NCBI GenBank assembly: GCA_963768855.1
Contig: CAVYJM010000011.1
Location: 363,331 to 427,330, forward strand
DNA: 64,000 nucleotides
Reading direction: 5' to 3'
Source: an uncultured Thermoplasmata archaeon
GTDB taxonomy: Archaea; Thermoplasmatota; Thermoplasmata; RBG-16-68-12
Of the stretch, positions 27,650 through 37,944 are shown piece by piece. The notes under the pieces were generated by a model. That model made no database searches. It was not told the origin of the DNA and was given only the letters and a program-made list of their open reading frames with translations. Positions within the stretch are counted from its first letter, which is position 1. Each line of letters starts with the position of its first letter. The translations under genes were made by a program, and so were the position numbers.

Positions 27650-28594
27650 ATGGCACCCCGGAGGCGTGGACGCGGACTCGTGATCCTCGGCGCGATCCTG
27701 ATCGTCGCGGGGCTGTTCGCGATGTTCTACGGGCTCTCGCCGGCCGGCGCCCAGGACACCGCCCCGATCGGTCCGAACGATGCCACGACGGAGTACTTCA
27801 CGGAGTACTCCTGGAGCGTCCTCGCAGGCGGCAACGTGCAGGGCACCTTCCAAGTCCTGAACGGCACGCCCGTCACGGTCTTCGTCTTCAACGACGCGGA
27901 CTACAACGCCTACCTGAATGGCGCGAACCGGACGGGACTGTACACGGTCACTGCCTCGAGCGGCTCGATCGACGTCGCGGTCCCCGGCTTCAACACGTAC
28001 CACCTCGTCTTCCAGCACGCCCCCGGCTACGAGAACGTGGAGCAGGACGTGGCGGTGGACCTGACGAGCACGGGGATCGACCCCGGGTTCTTCTTGGGCG
28101 GGATCGCGGCGATGGGAATCGGTCTGGTGCTCGTGGTCTTCGGGGTCCGCCGCATGCGGGCGTCTTCGGGACAGGCCCCCTCCGGGATTCTCGACAGCCG
28201 CGCGACCTACGCACCGGCTCCCTTGCCGCCCTCCGCTCCGGACACGACGCCGAGCGGCTCGGGCGTCTACCGCGTCCCACCGCCCCTGCTGGGGTCTTCG
28301 GGCTCGGAGGGTTCGGGAGAACCCGCGGCGGTCCCCACGGGGAGCGTCGTCGTATCCGTGGAGAACCGCTCCGCGGGGGCGGAGACCGTGCAGCTCCTCG
28401 TGAACGGCTCGGCCGTCTCGACCCTGAGCGTGCCTCCGGGGACCTCCCAGGTCACGACGGTCGCGGCACGCCTGTCCTCGCCCTTCGGCTCTATGGTCAC
28501 GATCCAGGCCATCACGTCGGGCGGCCGCCGCGCAGAGCAGTCCGTGTTCGTCGGGGCGAAGGGGACCGCGCAGGTGGCCCTGCGCATCGGGTGA
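27650..28594 (+). CDS. Membrane-anchored beta-sandwich protein
   Basis: N-terminal TM, beta-rich extracellular domain, second TM, Pro/Ser linker and C-terminal Ig-like segment. Confidence 0.65.
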   Translation: MAPRRRGRGLVILGAILIVAGLFAMFYGLSPAGAQDTAPIGPNDATTEYFTEYSWSVLAGGNVQGTFQVLNGTPVTVFVFNDADYNAYLNGANRTGLYTVTASSGSIDVAVPGFNTYHLVFQHAPGYENVEQDVAVDLTSTGIDPGFFLGGIAAMGIGLVLVVFGVRRMRASSGQAPSGILDSRATYAPAPLPPSAPDTTPSGSGVYRVPPPLLGSSGSEGSGEPAAVPTGSVVVSVENRSAGAETVQLLVNGSAVSTLSVPPGTSQVTTVAARLSSPFGSMVTIQAITSGGRRAEQSVFVGAKGTAQVALRIG

Positions 28595-28606
28595 GCGACG
28601 CGGCGC

Positions 28607-29569
28607 TCACTTCATCCGCTCGAGCTCGGCCTCGACCATGAGCTTGACGAGGTCCTTGAACCGGACCTTCGGCTCCCAGCCCAGGAGGCGCTTCGCTTTC
28701 GAGGCGTCCCCGCGGAGATTGTAGACTTCGGAGGGCCGCAGGTTCTTCTCGTCCACGGTCACGTGCTTCTCCCAGTCCGGGATCCCGGCGACGCGGAACG
28801 CCTCCTCGACGAACTCCCGCACGGGGTGCGCCTCGCCCGTCGCGCCGACGAACTCGGTGGGCTCCTTGTACTGCAGGACCCGCCACATCAGGTCGACGTA
28901 CTCCGGGGCGTAGCCCCAGTCGCGCTTCGCGTCGAGGCTCCCGAGGGAAATCGACTTCGCCTTGCCCGCGTGGATCCGGGCCACGCCGTTCGCGACCTTG
29001 CGGGTGAGGAACTCGAGTCCGCGCCGTTCGGACTCGTGGTTGAATAATATTCCATTCGATACATAAATATCGTAGGCCTCGCGATAGTTGATGCACGCCC
29101 AGTACGCGTACACCTTCGCGACGCCGTAGGGGCTGCGGGGGTGCATCGGAGTCGTCTCGTTCTGCGGCTCCCGGTCCACCTTGCCGAACATCTCGCTCGA
29201 GGAGGCTTGGTACACGCGGGCGTGGGGGGCGTAGTTCCGCACGGCTTCCAGGATTCGCACCATGCCGAGGCCCGTGATCTCGCCCGTGAGGACAGGCTGG
29301 ACGAAGGACGTGCCCACGAAGGACTGGGCCGCCAGGTTGTACACCTCGTCCGGCTTCGAGGCCCGCACGGCCGCATCGAGGGACGACTGGTCCATCAGGT
29401 CCCCGTCGTGGAGGTGGATCCGGTCCGCGAGCGCGGCGATGTTGTTGAAGTTCGGGGTGCTCAAGCGCCGCACGAGGCCGTGGACCTCATAGCCTTTCTT
29501 GAGGAGCTGCTCCGCGAGGAACGACCCATCTTGGCCGGTGACTCCGGAGATGAGGGCTCGCTTGGACAT
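28607..29569 (-). CDS. gmd: GDP-mannose 4,6-dehydratase
   Basis: ALISGVTGQDG, YNLAAQSFV, YQASSSEMFG, SPYGVAK and RDWG motifs. Confidence 0.95.
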   Translation of the reverse strand: MSKRALISGVTGQDGSFLAEQLLKKGYEVHGLVRRLSTPNFNNIAALADRIHLHDGDLMDQSSLDAAVRASKPDEVYNLAAQSFVGTSFVQPVLTGEITGLGMVRILEAVRNYAPHARVYQASSSEMFGKVDREPQNETTPMHPRSPYGVAKVYAYWACINYREAYDIYVSNGILFNHESERRGLEFLTRKVANGVARIHAGKAKSISLGSLDAKRDWGYAPEYVDLMWRVLQYKEPTEFVGATGEAHPVREFVEEAFRVAGIPDWEKHVTVDEKNLRPSEVYNLRGDASKAKRLLGWEPKVRFKDLVKLMVEAELERMK

Positions 29570-29595
29570 CGGGCCGGTGTACCGGGCCCAGGGTC

Positions 29596-30267
29596 TTAAC
29601 GGTGTCGCTGTGTCCGGGCATCGAGCTTCGCGGGCTCCCGGCGATCTGCGTCAACGGGCAGGGCCAGGAGGGGCAGCGGCTCTCGTGCTCCGCGTCGGAG
29701 CCGCCACTCCGGCGGCCTCGGCGCGTCCGAGAAACCTACCAGCTCTAGGGGGAAGGGCAGGAGCGTGACGAGGAGGTCGCGCGCGTAACATGCCTTCTCT
29801 GGATCCCCGCGGTCGCCGTCCCTCCGGAAGAACCACCAGGTCGTGCGCCGTCCACCGTGGATCTCCAGGCAGGGGAGGGTCTGCCTCTCCCGTCCGCGGG
29901 TGAGCCTCGCGCGCCGTACGAGCGCGTAGGGGACGATTGCGGTCACGTGGGCCGGGGTCAGGGGTCGAGGAATCGCGACGAGGTGGAGCGCCGCGTGGAC
30001 TGTGGGGTACCGGTCCGCGAACGCCGGAGGGGGCGGCAGGAAGAGGCCGGAGGCCTGCGGGGCCGGTTCGGAGAAGGCGGGCACCGCGAGGAGCTTGTCC
30101 TCCGTGAAGAGGAGGTGGTGCCACCGCGGGATCGTGCTCACGTCCGCGACGAACGGAAGGACGCCTAGGATCCGCTCCGGCCCGGTGAATGCGTCGAGGA
30201 GGTTCCCTGGGTCTACCTCTCTGACGCGCTCCCTCGGCGGGTGGATCATCTCGATCATGGATGCCAT
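29596..30267 (-). CDS. Hypothetical protein
   Basis: Long ORF with coding-like composition and no recognised motif. Start uncertain. Confidence 0.45.
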   Translation of the reverse strand: MASMIEMIHPPRERVREVDPGNLLDAFTGPERILGVLPFVADVSTIPRWHHLLFTEDKLLAVPAFSEPAPQASGLFLPPPPAFADRYPTVHAALHLVAIPRPLTPAHVTAIVPYALVRRARLTRGRERQTLPCLEIHGGRRTTWWFFRRDGDRGDPEKACYARDLLVTLLPFPLELVGFSDAPRPPEWRLRRGAREPLPLLALPVDADRREPAKLDARTQRHR

Positions 30268-30612
30268 CTCGCGCCGGCGAGAGTTCGGAGGGCCTAATAG
30301 CCGCATCCCGGGAATGCCGCGGGAGCCCCCCGATAGTTCGAGGGGCGTTCTCGTCGCGAGGGCCGTTTCGCGAACGGAGTTCAACGCATCCCGACGGAAC
30401 CGGGCCGCGGTCTCGGGCGTCGGTTTCGGGTGTCCGAAATAGGGCGTTCCAGGCCCTCACGGCCCGGCCGCGGGAGGCCGGCATCAGCGCGAAGCCGCGT
30501 TTTTTATTACCATCGACCGCCATGACGGTCTGGGTTCGACAGACTGGTTCGGGGGGCAGGGCTTCTTCGTTCGAGCCTCCATGAAGGCTCGGCACGTCGG
30601 GGAACGCGCCAG

Positions 30613-31185
30613 TTGGGGGACTCGAAGACGAGGAGTCGCCGAGGTGCGGGCACCGTGCGTGTCCTCATCCTGCCCCTCCTCATCCTGCTGATTCTCCTGC
30701 CCGCGATCCTGCCCGTCGTCGCCTCCTCGGCCCTCGCGGACCTTCCGCCCGCGGCTGCCGTCGGCCTCGGCGTTGCGGCCCTCGACCATCCCACGCGCGC
30801 GAGAATCTTGGCCCACCTGGAGGCCATCCCCGGGGACCACTTCCGGTCCATCGTCCGGTCCATCCGGGTGAGCGTGGGGGAGACCCGGCACCACCTGAAC
30901 GTCTTGATGCGACGAGGCCGTGTCCGTGAGCAGCGGGTCGAGGGACGATGTCGCTACTACGTGAACGGCGAGGAGATCACGGACCGGAATTCGGTGTTCG
31001 AAGCGTACTGGACCCTGCAGGGTTGCCGCCTCCGCGTCCTGGCCGTGGTGCGCGAGCGGCAGGTCGTCCGGCCTTCCGATGTCGCCGCGGACCTGGGGAT
31101 TAGCCGCCAACTCGCCGACTACCATCTGCAGCGCCTCGCGGCATCCGGGCAGGTGCGGCATGAGGGTGGCCTCTACCGTCCGTGA
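30613..31185 (+). CDS. Membrane-anchored double winged-HTH transcriptional regulator
   Basis: N-terminal hydrophobic segment. LDHPTRARIL..L...PG.HF...HHL..L and second ILGISRQ-like HTH (LGISRQLADYHL). Confidence 0.75.
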   Translation: MGDSKTRSRRGAGTVRVLILPLLILLILLPAILPVVASSALADLPPAAAVGLGVAALDHPTRARILAHLEAIPGDHFRSIVRSIRVSVGETRHHLNVLMRRGRVREQRVEGRCRYYVNGEEITDRNSVFEAYWTLQGCRLRVLAVVRERQVVRPSDVAADLGISRQLADYHLQRLAASGQVRHEGGLYRP

Positions 31186-31313
31186 CATCGGAGCGGTTTA
31201 GGCTGACCAAAAATCGTACACTTTTGCGGTTCGGTCAAATGTCGAACTAATCTGCCCAAGTACCCACCCGCGGATTCGGTCCCACTCCTTGAACGGCTGG
31301 GGGAAGGGCAGAG

Positions 31314-34300
31314 ATGACATCTTCAAGCGGTCGGCGTGCTAGTTCGACAAACGAATCGGTGTCCGGACGCACGGCTCGGTCGCATCGATCCAAGGCGATG
31401 GCTCTGCTCCTCACCTGGGTGATGCTCGGCGCCGCGCTCCTCGCGGTGACCCAAGTCGCGAACGCGGTCCACGCCAACGGGCAGTTCGAGCTGGGCCCGG
31501 GTCCGGGGGCGGGAGCCCTGACGGACATCCTGGGCGATGGCGCGATCCCGGGACCCGACTGGGGTGACATCTTCGACGCGTCGGGCCACGTGATCTATCC
31601 CGGTGCGATCGCCGACTTCCTTGCGGACGATTTGTCTCAGGGAGGCGCGACCGACCAGACGACGTACTCGGGCGGCGGCAGTTCCAACAAGAACGGGGAC
31701 CCCATCTCGACCTGGAGCTGGGCTACCGGGAACGTGCCGGCGAAGGACGATCTGTCCAACGTCTACGCCTACGCGACCCTGTACGGCGGTCATCTTCTCA
31801 TCTACGTCGGCTTCGAACGGATCACGGCGAACGGCGACAGCCACATCGACCTCGAATTCTTCAAGGACAACGTTCGCCTGGATGAAGCCCCGCCCTGCGA
31901 CGACCCCGGTATCTCCGATCCGACGGTCTGCCACTGGCTGGGCTCCCGCACCGTGGGCGACATCATCGTCTCCATGGACTTCACGACGGGAGGCTCGTTC
32001 GGCACGATGACGGTCCGGAAGTGGGATGGGAGCGCCTACCAGGTCATCATCACCTTGACGGGTCAGGGCTGCAACCTCGCTGCCGGGGCAATCCCCGCCG
32101 ACTCGATCTGCGGCTTCAACAACGGAGGATCGATCAACGGCGGCCCGTGGCCGAACTACGACAGCCACGGCAACCTGATCACGAACCTGCCCACGAACGC
32201 GTTCACGGAATTCGGACTCGACATCACCGCGATCGAGGGCAGCACGCCCTGCCTGACGACCGTCTTGGGCAAGACCCGCAGCTCCCAGTCCTTCACGGCG
32301 GAGCTCAAGGACTTCGCCGGCCCGGCCGGCTTCCCGCTCTGCAGCGCGGGCATTGTGATCAAGCCGGACGCGGTCAACGAGATCGGACAGGAACACACGT
32401 TCAACGTCTTCGTCAACAAGACGTTCGCGGGCGTCGAGTCTCCAGCCGATGACGGCACGATCGTGACGGTCGACCTGACCGCCTCCTTCGGCGCCTCCGT
32501 CGACCTGATCTCGGACACCTGCGCTTCGCCGGGGACGGTCGCCGGGATGTGTTCCGTGACGTTCAAGTCGGACAGCTCGGGCACGATTACCGGGCATGCC
32601 TCCGCGGACGTCTTGGTAGCGAGCGAGACGATCCACGTCGAGACGGACGGCACCGGGACCAACTCCGGGGACGCGACGAAACGATATGTCGACGCCTTCG
32701 TGACGCTGAGTCCCCTCGAGGCCACGGACGAGGTCAACGACCCGCACACCGTGACGGTCCACGTCGAGGCCGATGATGGCATGGGCGTGGACTCGAACAG
32801 CGACGGATCCTTCTTCGACCCGGTCTCGGGCGTCATCCCGGCGATCAGCTTCACGGGTGACACGCCTTCCTTCGTGGACACCTCCGACTGTGACGCGGGC
32901 ACGGACGCCTCCGGCAACTGCGACGTCGTGATCAACTCGACCAGCGCTGGGACGTTCACGATCCACGCGGCCGTCTCCTTCGACGTCAGCGGCGTGACTC
33001 TGTCCCGCGAGACGGACGGGCTCGGCCAGAACAGCGGCGACGCGGTCAAGGTCTACGTGGATGCGAAGATCTCGATCTCTCCGAGCGCGGTCAACGTGGT
33101 CGGCGACCCGCACACGTTCACCGTCACGGTGATGGAGGACGACGGCTCCGGGTCCGGCTTCGCGCCGGCCGCGGGTGAGCATGTCGACTTCTCCCTGACG
33201 GACTCGAACGGCGCGGTCAGCGTGCTCGACGCGACCGCGAGCACGTGCGACAACGTCGGCCCGAACACGGACGCGTTCGGCCAGTGCACAATCGTCTTCA
33301 CGTCGGAGACAGGCGGGATCGTCACGGGCCACGCCTCATCCAGCGTCCAGGTGGGAGGGCTCTCCCTGCTCCGCTCGACGGACGGGAATGCCCCGAACAG
33401 CGGCGACGCGGACAAGCGATTCGTCGACGCGACGCTCAGCCTGACACCGGGCGAGGCCGCGAACCAGGTCGGCGCGACGCACACGATCACGGCCTTCCTG
33501 CAGATCGACTCGGGCGACGGGGACGGCTTCCAGCCCGCCCCGGACGGCGAGGAGATCGACTTCGTGATTGACTCCGGCCCCGGCGTGCTGACGCCCACCT
33601 TCTGCCTGACGACCGGCGGGACGGGCATGTGCTCCGTGGACCTGACGTCCGCGGTCACGGGCTTGAGCAAGGTCTCGGCCTTATGGTCCAACACGCTCGT
33701 GTTCCCCGAGGGCTCCGTCCTCGTGTCCGCGAACGCGGACCCCGTGGTCAAGCGCTGGGTCGACGCGCGGCTCACCCTGACCCCGCCCGATGACGCGAAC
33801 CAGGTCGGCGACGACCACGTCCTGACGGCCACCCTCGAGTTCGACTACGGCGACGGGAACGGCTTCGTGTCCGCGCCCGCCGGCGAGACGATCACCTGGG
33901 AGATCGTCAGCGGACCCGGGCAGCTCTCGAGCCTGACCTGCGTCACGGACGCCTCCGGCATGTGCTCGGTCACCCTCCACTCCGACACGACGGGCACGAC
34001 GAGCATCGGCGCATCCTGGACCGGGACGATCGGCACGGCGGAGGGCAACGCGGACGCGACCGCGACAGCGGACCCCGTCTCGAAGCGCTGGGTCGACGTG
34101 CGCCTCTCCCTGACGCCCGAGGACGCGGCGAACCAGGTCAACACGGACCATGAGATCGTCGCGCTCCTTGAGTTCGACACGGGGAGCGGCTTCGTGGCGG
34201 CCCCCGACGGCGAGGAGATCGACTTCACGGTCGTCTCCGGGCCCGGCGTGCTCACCCCGACCTTCTGCCTGACGGACGGCGGGGACGGCGACTGTTCGGT

Positions 34301-35891
34301 CTTCCTGTCGTCCTCCATCACGGGCCTGACGACGGTCGAGGCCTCCTGGAGCGGCGACATCGTGACCACGGACGGGACCGTGTCGACGAGCGCAACCTCG
34401 AACGACGTCCTCAAGCTCTGGATTGACGCCCGGATCAGCGTGAACCCGGACGGCGACAACCCGATCTTCACGACGCACACGTTCACCGTCCTCCTGGAGA
34501 TTGACTACGGCGACGGGAACGGCTTCGTCGCGGCTCCGGACGGCAGCGTGCCGACGGTGAGCGTGACGGGCGTGGGCAGCATCGACAGCGAGACCTGCTC
34601 CGCCGGGACGATCAACGGGGAATGCCAGGTCGTCGTCTCCTCCCAGGTCGCGGGGACCACAAACATCGACGTGAGCTGGTCGGGCGACGTGTCCACGCCG
34701 CACGGCACCGCGAGCTCGGTGGACGCCGGGTCGGACAGCGCGGTCAAGACGTGGTGGGCCGGATCGATCTCGATCACAAAGGAGGTCGAGTTCGGCAAGT
34801 TCACGACGTCGGCCACGGTCTGCTTCACCCTCGACCGAACGGACGGCACCCTGCACACGACGAGCGATGTGACCCAGTGCTACGACTTCAGCGTGGGGGA
34901 CGACTCGCACACCTTCACCTGGGAGGGCCTGACAGCCGGGACGTACAGCATCTCGGAGACGGTGACCTCGCCGTACGCGGCGATGGACCCGAACCCGATC
35001 ACGGGCATCGTGGTCGACTCGGACCACCGGGACGTGAATGTGGGCACAGTCGAGAACCCGCTGCCCCCGGGCAACCTGTCGATCACGAAGCTCAACCAGG
35101 ACGGGAGCCTGTGGACGGCGTTCGACGTGACCTTCGAGGTCTACCCGTGCTTGGACGACGCCTGCTCGAGCCTCGGCCCGATTGCGGCGAGCGTGCACAT
35201 CCCCTCGGACGGCAACCCGGTGGTCCTGAGCTTGCCGGAGGGCCGCTACCTCGTGAAGGAGATCGTCCCCGCCGGGTACACGGTCCAGCCGTCGGACACG
35301 CAGATCGTGGACGTGATCTCGGACCAGACGAGCTCCGTGACCTTCACGAACATCCCGCCCTCCCAAGGCTGCTCGCCCGGGTTCTGGAAGAACCATCCGG
35401 AACTCTGGGACGGCGTGGGCACGGATGACGTGACGTCGACGATCAAGACCTACCTGCTGTTCAACGCCTTCTTCGGCGTGACGTCGGCGCAGTCGGGGCT
35501 CGCGAACAGCGTGACCCTGCTCCAGGCCACGGTCCTCCAAGGCGGTGGACTCACCGCCCTCGACCGGCACGCGGCCGCGGCCCTGCCGAGCGCGGACTCG
35601 GGCATCAGCTACCCGTACACCGTCGCCGGCGTGCGGGCCCTGTACCGCGACGCGGTCGGCGCAGACCCCGGGCCCGAGACGGTCGATTCGGCCTTGGCGC
35701 TCCTGTCGGCGGCGAACAACCTGAAGTGCCCGTTCGACTCGAGCGGGGCGACGACGGCCCTCGTGGTCGCTTCGCTCCCGCTTGCGGCGGTCGTCCTGAA
35801 CCCGGAGGTCGTGATGGCGGCGAACGTCATTGCGCTCGTCGTCATCCTGGCATGGGTCGGCCTCCGCGGACGGGGCAAGCGCGAACCGTGA
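31314..35891 (+). CDS. Large secreted/surface protein with about 110-aa Ig-like repeats and a C-terminal TM anchor
   Basis: Signal-like hydrophobic N-terminus, repeated D(A/V)xLxLTPxxxxNxVxxxH units, SpaA-like segments, GCSPGFWKNH motif, and C-terminal TM with basic tail. Confidence 0.85.
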   Translation: MTSSSGRRASSTNESVSGRTARSHRSKAMALLLTWVMLGAALLAVTQVANAVHANGQFELGPGPGAGALTDILGDGAIPGPDWGDIFDASGHVIYPGAIADFLADDLSQGGATDQTTYSGGGSSNKNGDPISTWSWATGNVPAKDDLSNVYAYATLYGGHLLIYVGFERITANGDSHIDLEFFKDNVRLDEAPPCDDPGISDPTVCHWLGSRTVGDIIVSMDFTTGGSFGTMTVRKWDGSAYQVIITLTGQGCNLAAGAIPADSICGFNNGGSINGGPWPNYDSHGNLITNLPTNAFTEFGLDITAIEGSTPCLTTVLGKTRSSQSFTAELKDFAGPAGFPLCSAGIVIKPDAVNEIGQEHTFNVFVNKTFAGVESPADDGTIVTVDLTASFGASVDLISDTCASPGTVAGMCSVTFKSDSSGTITGHASADVLVASETIHVETDGTGTNSGDATKRYVDAFVTLSPLEATDEVNDPHTVTVHVEADDGMGVDSNSDGSFFDPVSGVIPAISFTGDTPSFVDTSDCDAGTDASGNCDVVINSTSAGTFTIHAAVSFDVSGVTLSRETDGLGQNSGDAVKVYVDAKISISPSAVNVVGDPHTFTVTVMEDDGSGSGFAPAAGEHVDFSLTDSNGAVSVLDATASTCDNVGPNTDAFGQCTIVFTSETGGIVTGHASSSVQVGGLSLLRSTDGNAPNSGDADKRFVDATLSLTPGEAANQVGATHTITAFLQIDSGDGDGFQPAPDGEEIDFVIDSGPGVLTPTFCLTTGGTGMCSVDLTSAVTGLSKVSALWSNTLVFPEGSVLVSANADPVVKRWVDARLTLTPPDDANQVGDDHVLTATLEFDYGDGNGFVSAPAGETITWEIVSGPGQLSSLTCVTDASGMCSVTLHSDTTGTTSIGASWTGTIGTAEGNADATATADPVSKRWVDVRLSLTPEDAANQVNTDHEIVALLEFDTGSGFVAAPDGEEIDFTVVSGPGVLTPTFCLTDGGDGDCSVFLSSSITGLTTVEASWSGDIVTTDGTVSTSATSNDVLKLWIDARISVNPDGDNPIFTTHTFTVLLEIDYGDGNGFVAAPDGSVPTVSVTGVGSIDSETCSAGTINGECQVVVSSQVAGTTNIDVSWSGDVSTPHGTASSVDAGSDSAVKTWWAGSISITKEVEFGKFTTSATVCFTLDRTDGTLHTTSDVTQCYDFSVGDDSHTFTWEGLTAGTYSISETVTSPYAAMDPNPITGIVVDSDHRDVNVGTVENPLPPGNLSITKLNQDGSLWTAFDVTFEVYPCLDDACSSLGPIAASVHIPSDGNPVVLSLPEGRYLVKEIVPAGYTVQPSDTQIVDVISDQTSSVTFTNIPPSQGCSPGFWKNHPELWDGVGTDDVTSTIKTYLLFNAFFGVTSAQSGLANSVTLLQATVLQGGGLTALDRHAAAALPSADSGISYPYTVAGVRALYRDAVGADPGPETVDSALALLSAANNLKCPFDSSGATTALVVASLPLAAVVLNPEVVMAANVIALVVILAWVGLRGRGKREP

Positions 35892-35985
35892 AATCATAGG
35901 GGGACCGCGCCCGGGGCTGGGTCCCCGGGGCGGCCTCCCTCCCTTTCTCTTTTCTTAGACCAAGTCGGGAAGCGGAACGCCCGGC

Positions 35986-36990
35986 TCATCTCCGACGGGC
36001 GTGCTGGCCCAGGTACTCCTCCAGGCGCGCGTAGCTTTCCCGCATTCCGTACTCCATCCCCGAGTTGACCTTCCCGTCCCGGTCCTCTCGGCTGTCGAAT
36101 CGCGCATTCACCGTCACCTTCGTCTTGTCGCCCCGCACCGCCTCGAACGTGATCGTCTCGACCGAGACGTGGCCCGGCATGCCTTCGTACTCGAACGTCC
36201 AAGTGAGCCGCTCGGGCGGACGGATCTCCCGGAACTCGCCATGGAACCCGTGCTCGCTCCCGTCCGGCGCCTTCGAGATGAATCGCCAGGCGCCGCCCGG
36301 GCGCACCTCCATCCGGTCCACGGTGACGATGGAGCCGCGAGGCCCCCACCACTCCGGGATTGCCTTCGGGTCCACGTACGCCCGGAAGACTCGCTCCCGC
36401 GGCGCATCGAGGACGCGCGTGACGACGACCTCGCGCTCAGTCGGCAACGTCAGCTTGAGCGCGTCCCGGCCTCGGAAGCCTTCGGCCAGCTTGTCCAGGG
36501 ACGAGTTCCATCCCGCGCCGGTGAGTCGGGTCATCTCTCCTGCGGGGAGGCCCGCGTGACGCAGGGTGAGCTTCGTCTTGCCTCCGTGCTCCTCGAAGGT
36601 CACGGTCACGTTCATCTCGAGCGGGAAGTCCCCGCCCATCCCGTAGTACGTCGCCGGCACGATGCGGCCCTTCTCGTCCGCGAAGTGATCCGTGTACACG
36701 AGCCGCTCGTTCGGGACGACCTCCTGGAAGACCCCCGTGCTCCAGAAGTCCTTCCCCTCGGGGGAGCGCATGCAGAACAGGTACGTGCCGCCCACGCGCG
36801 GGTCCATGCGGATGGACGGCGCCGTGAAGGGGGCCGGGCCCCACCACTTCTTCATCTGCTCCGGCTCCGTCCACGCCTTCCACACCTTCTCGCGCGGCGC
36901 GTCGAGGAACCGCGTGATCACGAGGTCTCTTCCCTTCGCGCCCTTCCTTTTCGTTGGGGTCCTCTTCTCCGTCGTCTTGGGCATGATCAT
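35986..36990 (-). CDS. Tandem SRPBCC (AHSA1-like) domain protein
   Basis: Two copies of ITR.LDAPRE.V(W/F).A..(E/D)P...WWGP. Confidence 0.9.
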   Translation of the reverse strand: MIMPKTTEKRTPTKRKGAKGRDLVITRFLDAPREKVWKAWTEPEQMKKWWGPAPFTAPSIRMDPRVGGTYLFCMRSPEGKDFWSTGVFQEVVPNERLVYTDHFADEKGRIVPATYYGMGGDFPLEMNVTVTFEEHGGKTKLTLRHAGLPAGEMTRLTGAGWNSSLDKLAEGFRGRDALKLTLPTEREVVVTRVLDAPRERVFRAYVDPKAIPEWWGPRGSIVTVDRMEVRPGGAWRFISKAPDGSEHGFHGEFREIRPPERLTWTFEYEGMPGHVSVETITFEAVRGDKTKVTVNARFDSREDRDGKVNSGMEYGMRESYARLEEYLGQHARRR

Positions 36991-37068
36991 ACCTCCAGGG
37001 CCTTCGCCCGCGGAGCGGGTCTCTTCGTGTCTTGCTTCGTCATGATGCTTCCCCCTGTTCGTCCTGCG

Positions 37069-37404
37069 TCATCGGTCTTCCTCGAGATGCTTGGCCAAAC
37101 GGTCGAACCGGTCCTCCCACAGGACGCGGTAGCGCGTGAGCCAGCCGAACGCGGCGCTCAGCGGCGCGGCGTCGATCTGACATCGGTGCACGCGACCCTC
37201 GGGCTCCACCTTGATCAGGCCCGCGTCCTCGAGCACGCGCAGGTGCCTCGAGATCGCGGGCAGGCTGACGTGGTGGGGCTCCGCGAGCTCGCCCACGTTC
37301 GCGTCTCCCCCGGCGAGCTGCTCGAGGATGGCCCTCCGGATGGGGTGGGCCAGCGCCGCGAAGACCGCGTCCAGGTCCAAGGCGACCGGCTTTCGTTTAA
37401 CCAT
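37069..37404 (-). CDS. ArsR/SmtB family regulator
   Basis: FAALAHPIRRAIL and SLPAISRHLRVLEDAGLI. Confidence 0.92.
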   Translation of the reverse strand: MVKRKPVALDLDAVFAALAHPIRRAILEQLAGGDANVGELAEPHHVSLPAISRHLRVLEDAGLIKVEPEGRVHRCQIDAAPLSAAFGWLTRYRVLWEDRFDRLAKHLEEDR

Positions 37405-37450
37405 CTGGTTAAGTGAAAAGCAGGCCGGATATTTAACGCTTTGGTTAAAT
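37397..37450. promoter_or_regulatory. Two palindromic operators at the ArsR start
   Basis: TTAACCA-tc-TGGTTAA (37397-37412) and ATTTAAC-n6-GTTAAAT (37431-37450). Confidence 0.75.
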
Positions 37451-37512
37451 GACGCACTACGGTCCTCTCGCTTTGCGTGAGTCCGTCACGAACCCCGCAC
37501 GGGACGCTTCTC

Positions 37513-37797
37513 CTAGAATTGCCGCGGGGGCGGAATCTGGGCGAAACTGGGCATGCCCCGGAAAGGGCCCCAGAGCCAGAGGTAGAGGAACATGCTCACG
37601 AAGAACACGAAGAAGGAGAATACCCCCATCGCCGAGATTGAGATGGAGCGCACGCTGTCGAGGAAGGGGTAGTGCACGTCCACACCGTTGACGACGACCC
37701 GAAGGACGATGTACAGCCACAGGAGGAAACTGGAGACCCAGGTGGTCAGGATTAGGGCCCGGAGGAACCGGCTGGTTTGCAGCAACGGGACGGCCAT
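37513..37797 (-). CDS. Small 2-TM membrane protein
   Basis: Two hydrophobic segments, 94 aa. Confidence 0.6.
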   Translation of the reverse strand: MAVPLLQTSRFLRALILTTWVSSFLLWLYIVLRVVVNGVDVHYPFLDSVRSISISAMGVFSFFVFFVSMFLYLWLWGPFRGMPSFAQIPPPRQF

Positions 37798-37944
37798 CGC
37801 CTGGCTCCAGGGACTCCCGGTACATAGGGTATTCGGTTCCAGGCCGGCCGGGGCAGGACGGATCCCGACGACCCCTCCCGTCGCGCGATCCGGCCATTTG
37901 ACTCTCCGTCGCGAGTCGAATGGGGTGCGTTGTCCGCGTTGCCA

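Noticed and set aside
30424-30439. Hairpin TTTCGG-gtgt-CCGAAA as a terminator
   Set aside because: No U-tract, and archaeal terminators do not require hairpins. Function is unsupported.
31314-35891. CRISPR-like or mobile repeats inside the large gene
   Set aside because: They are in-frame protein domain repeats with no spacer structure.
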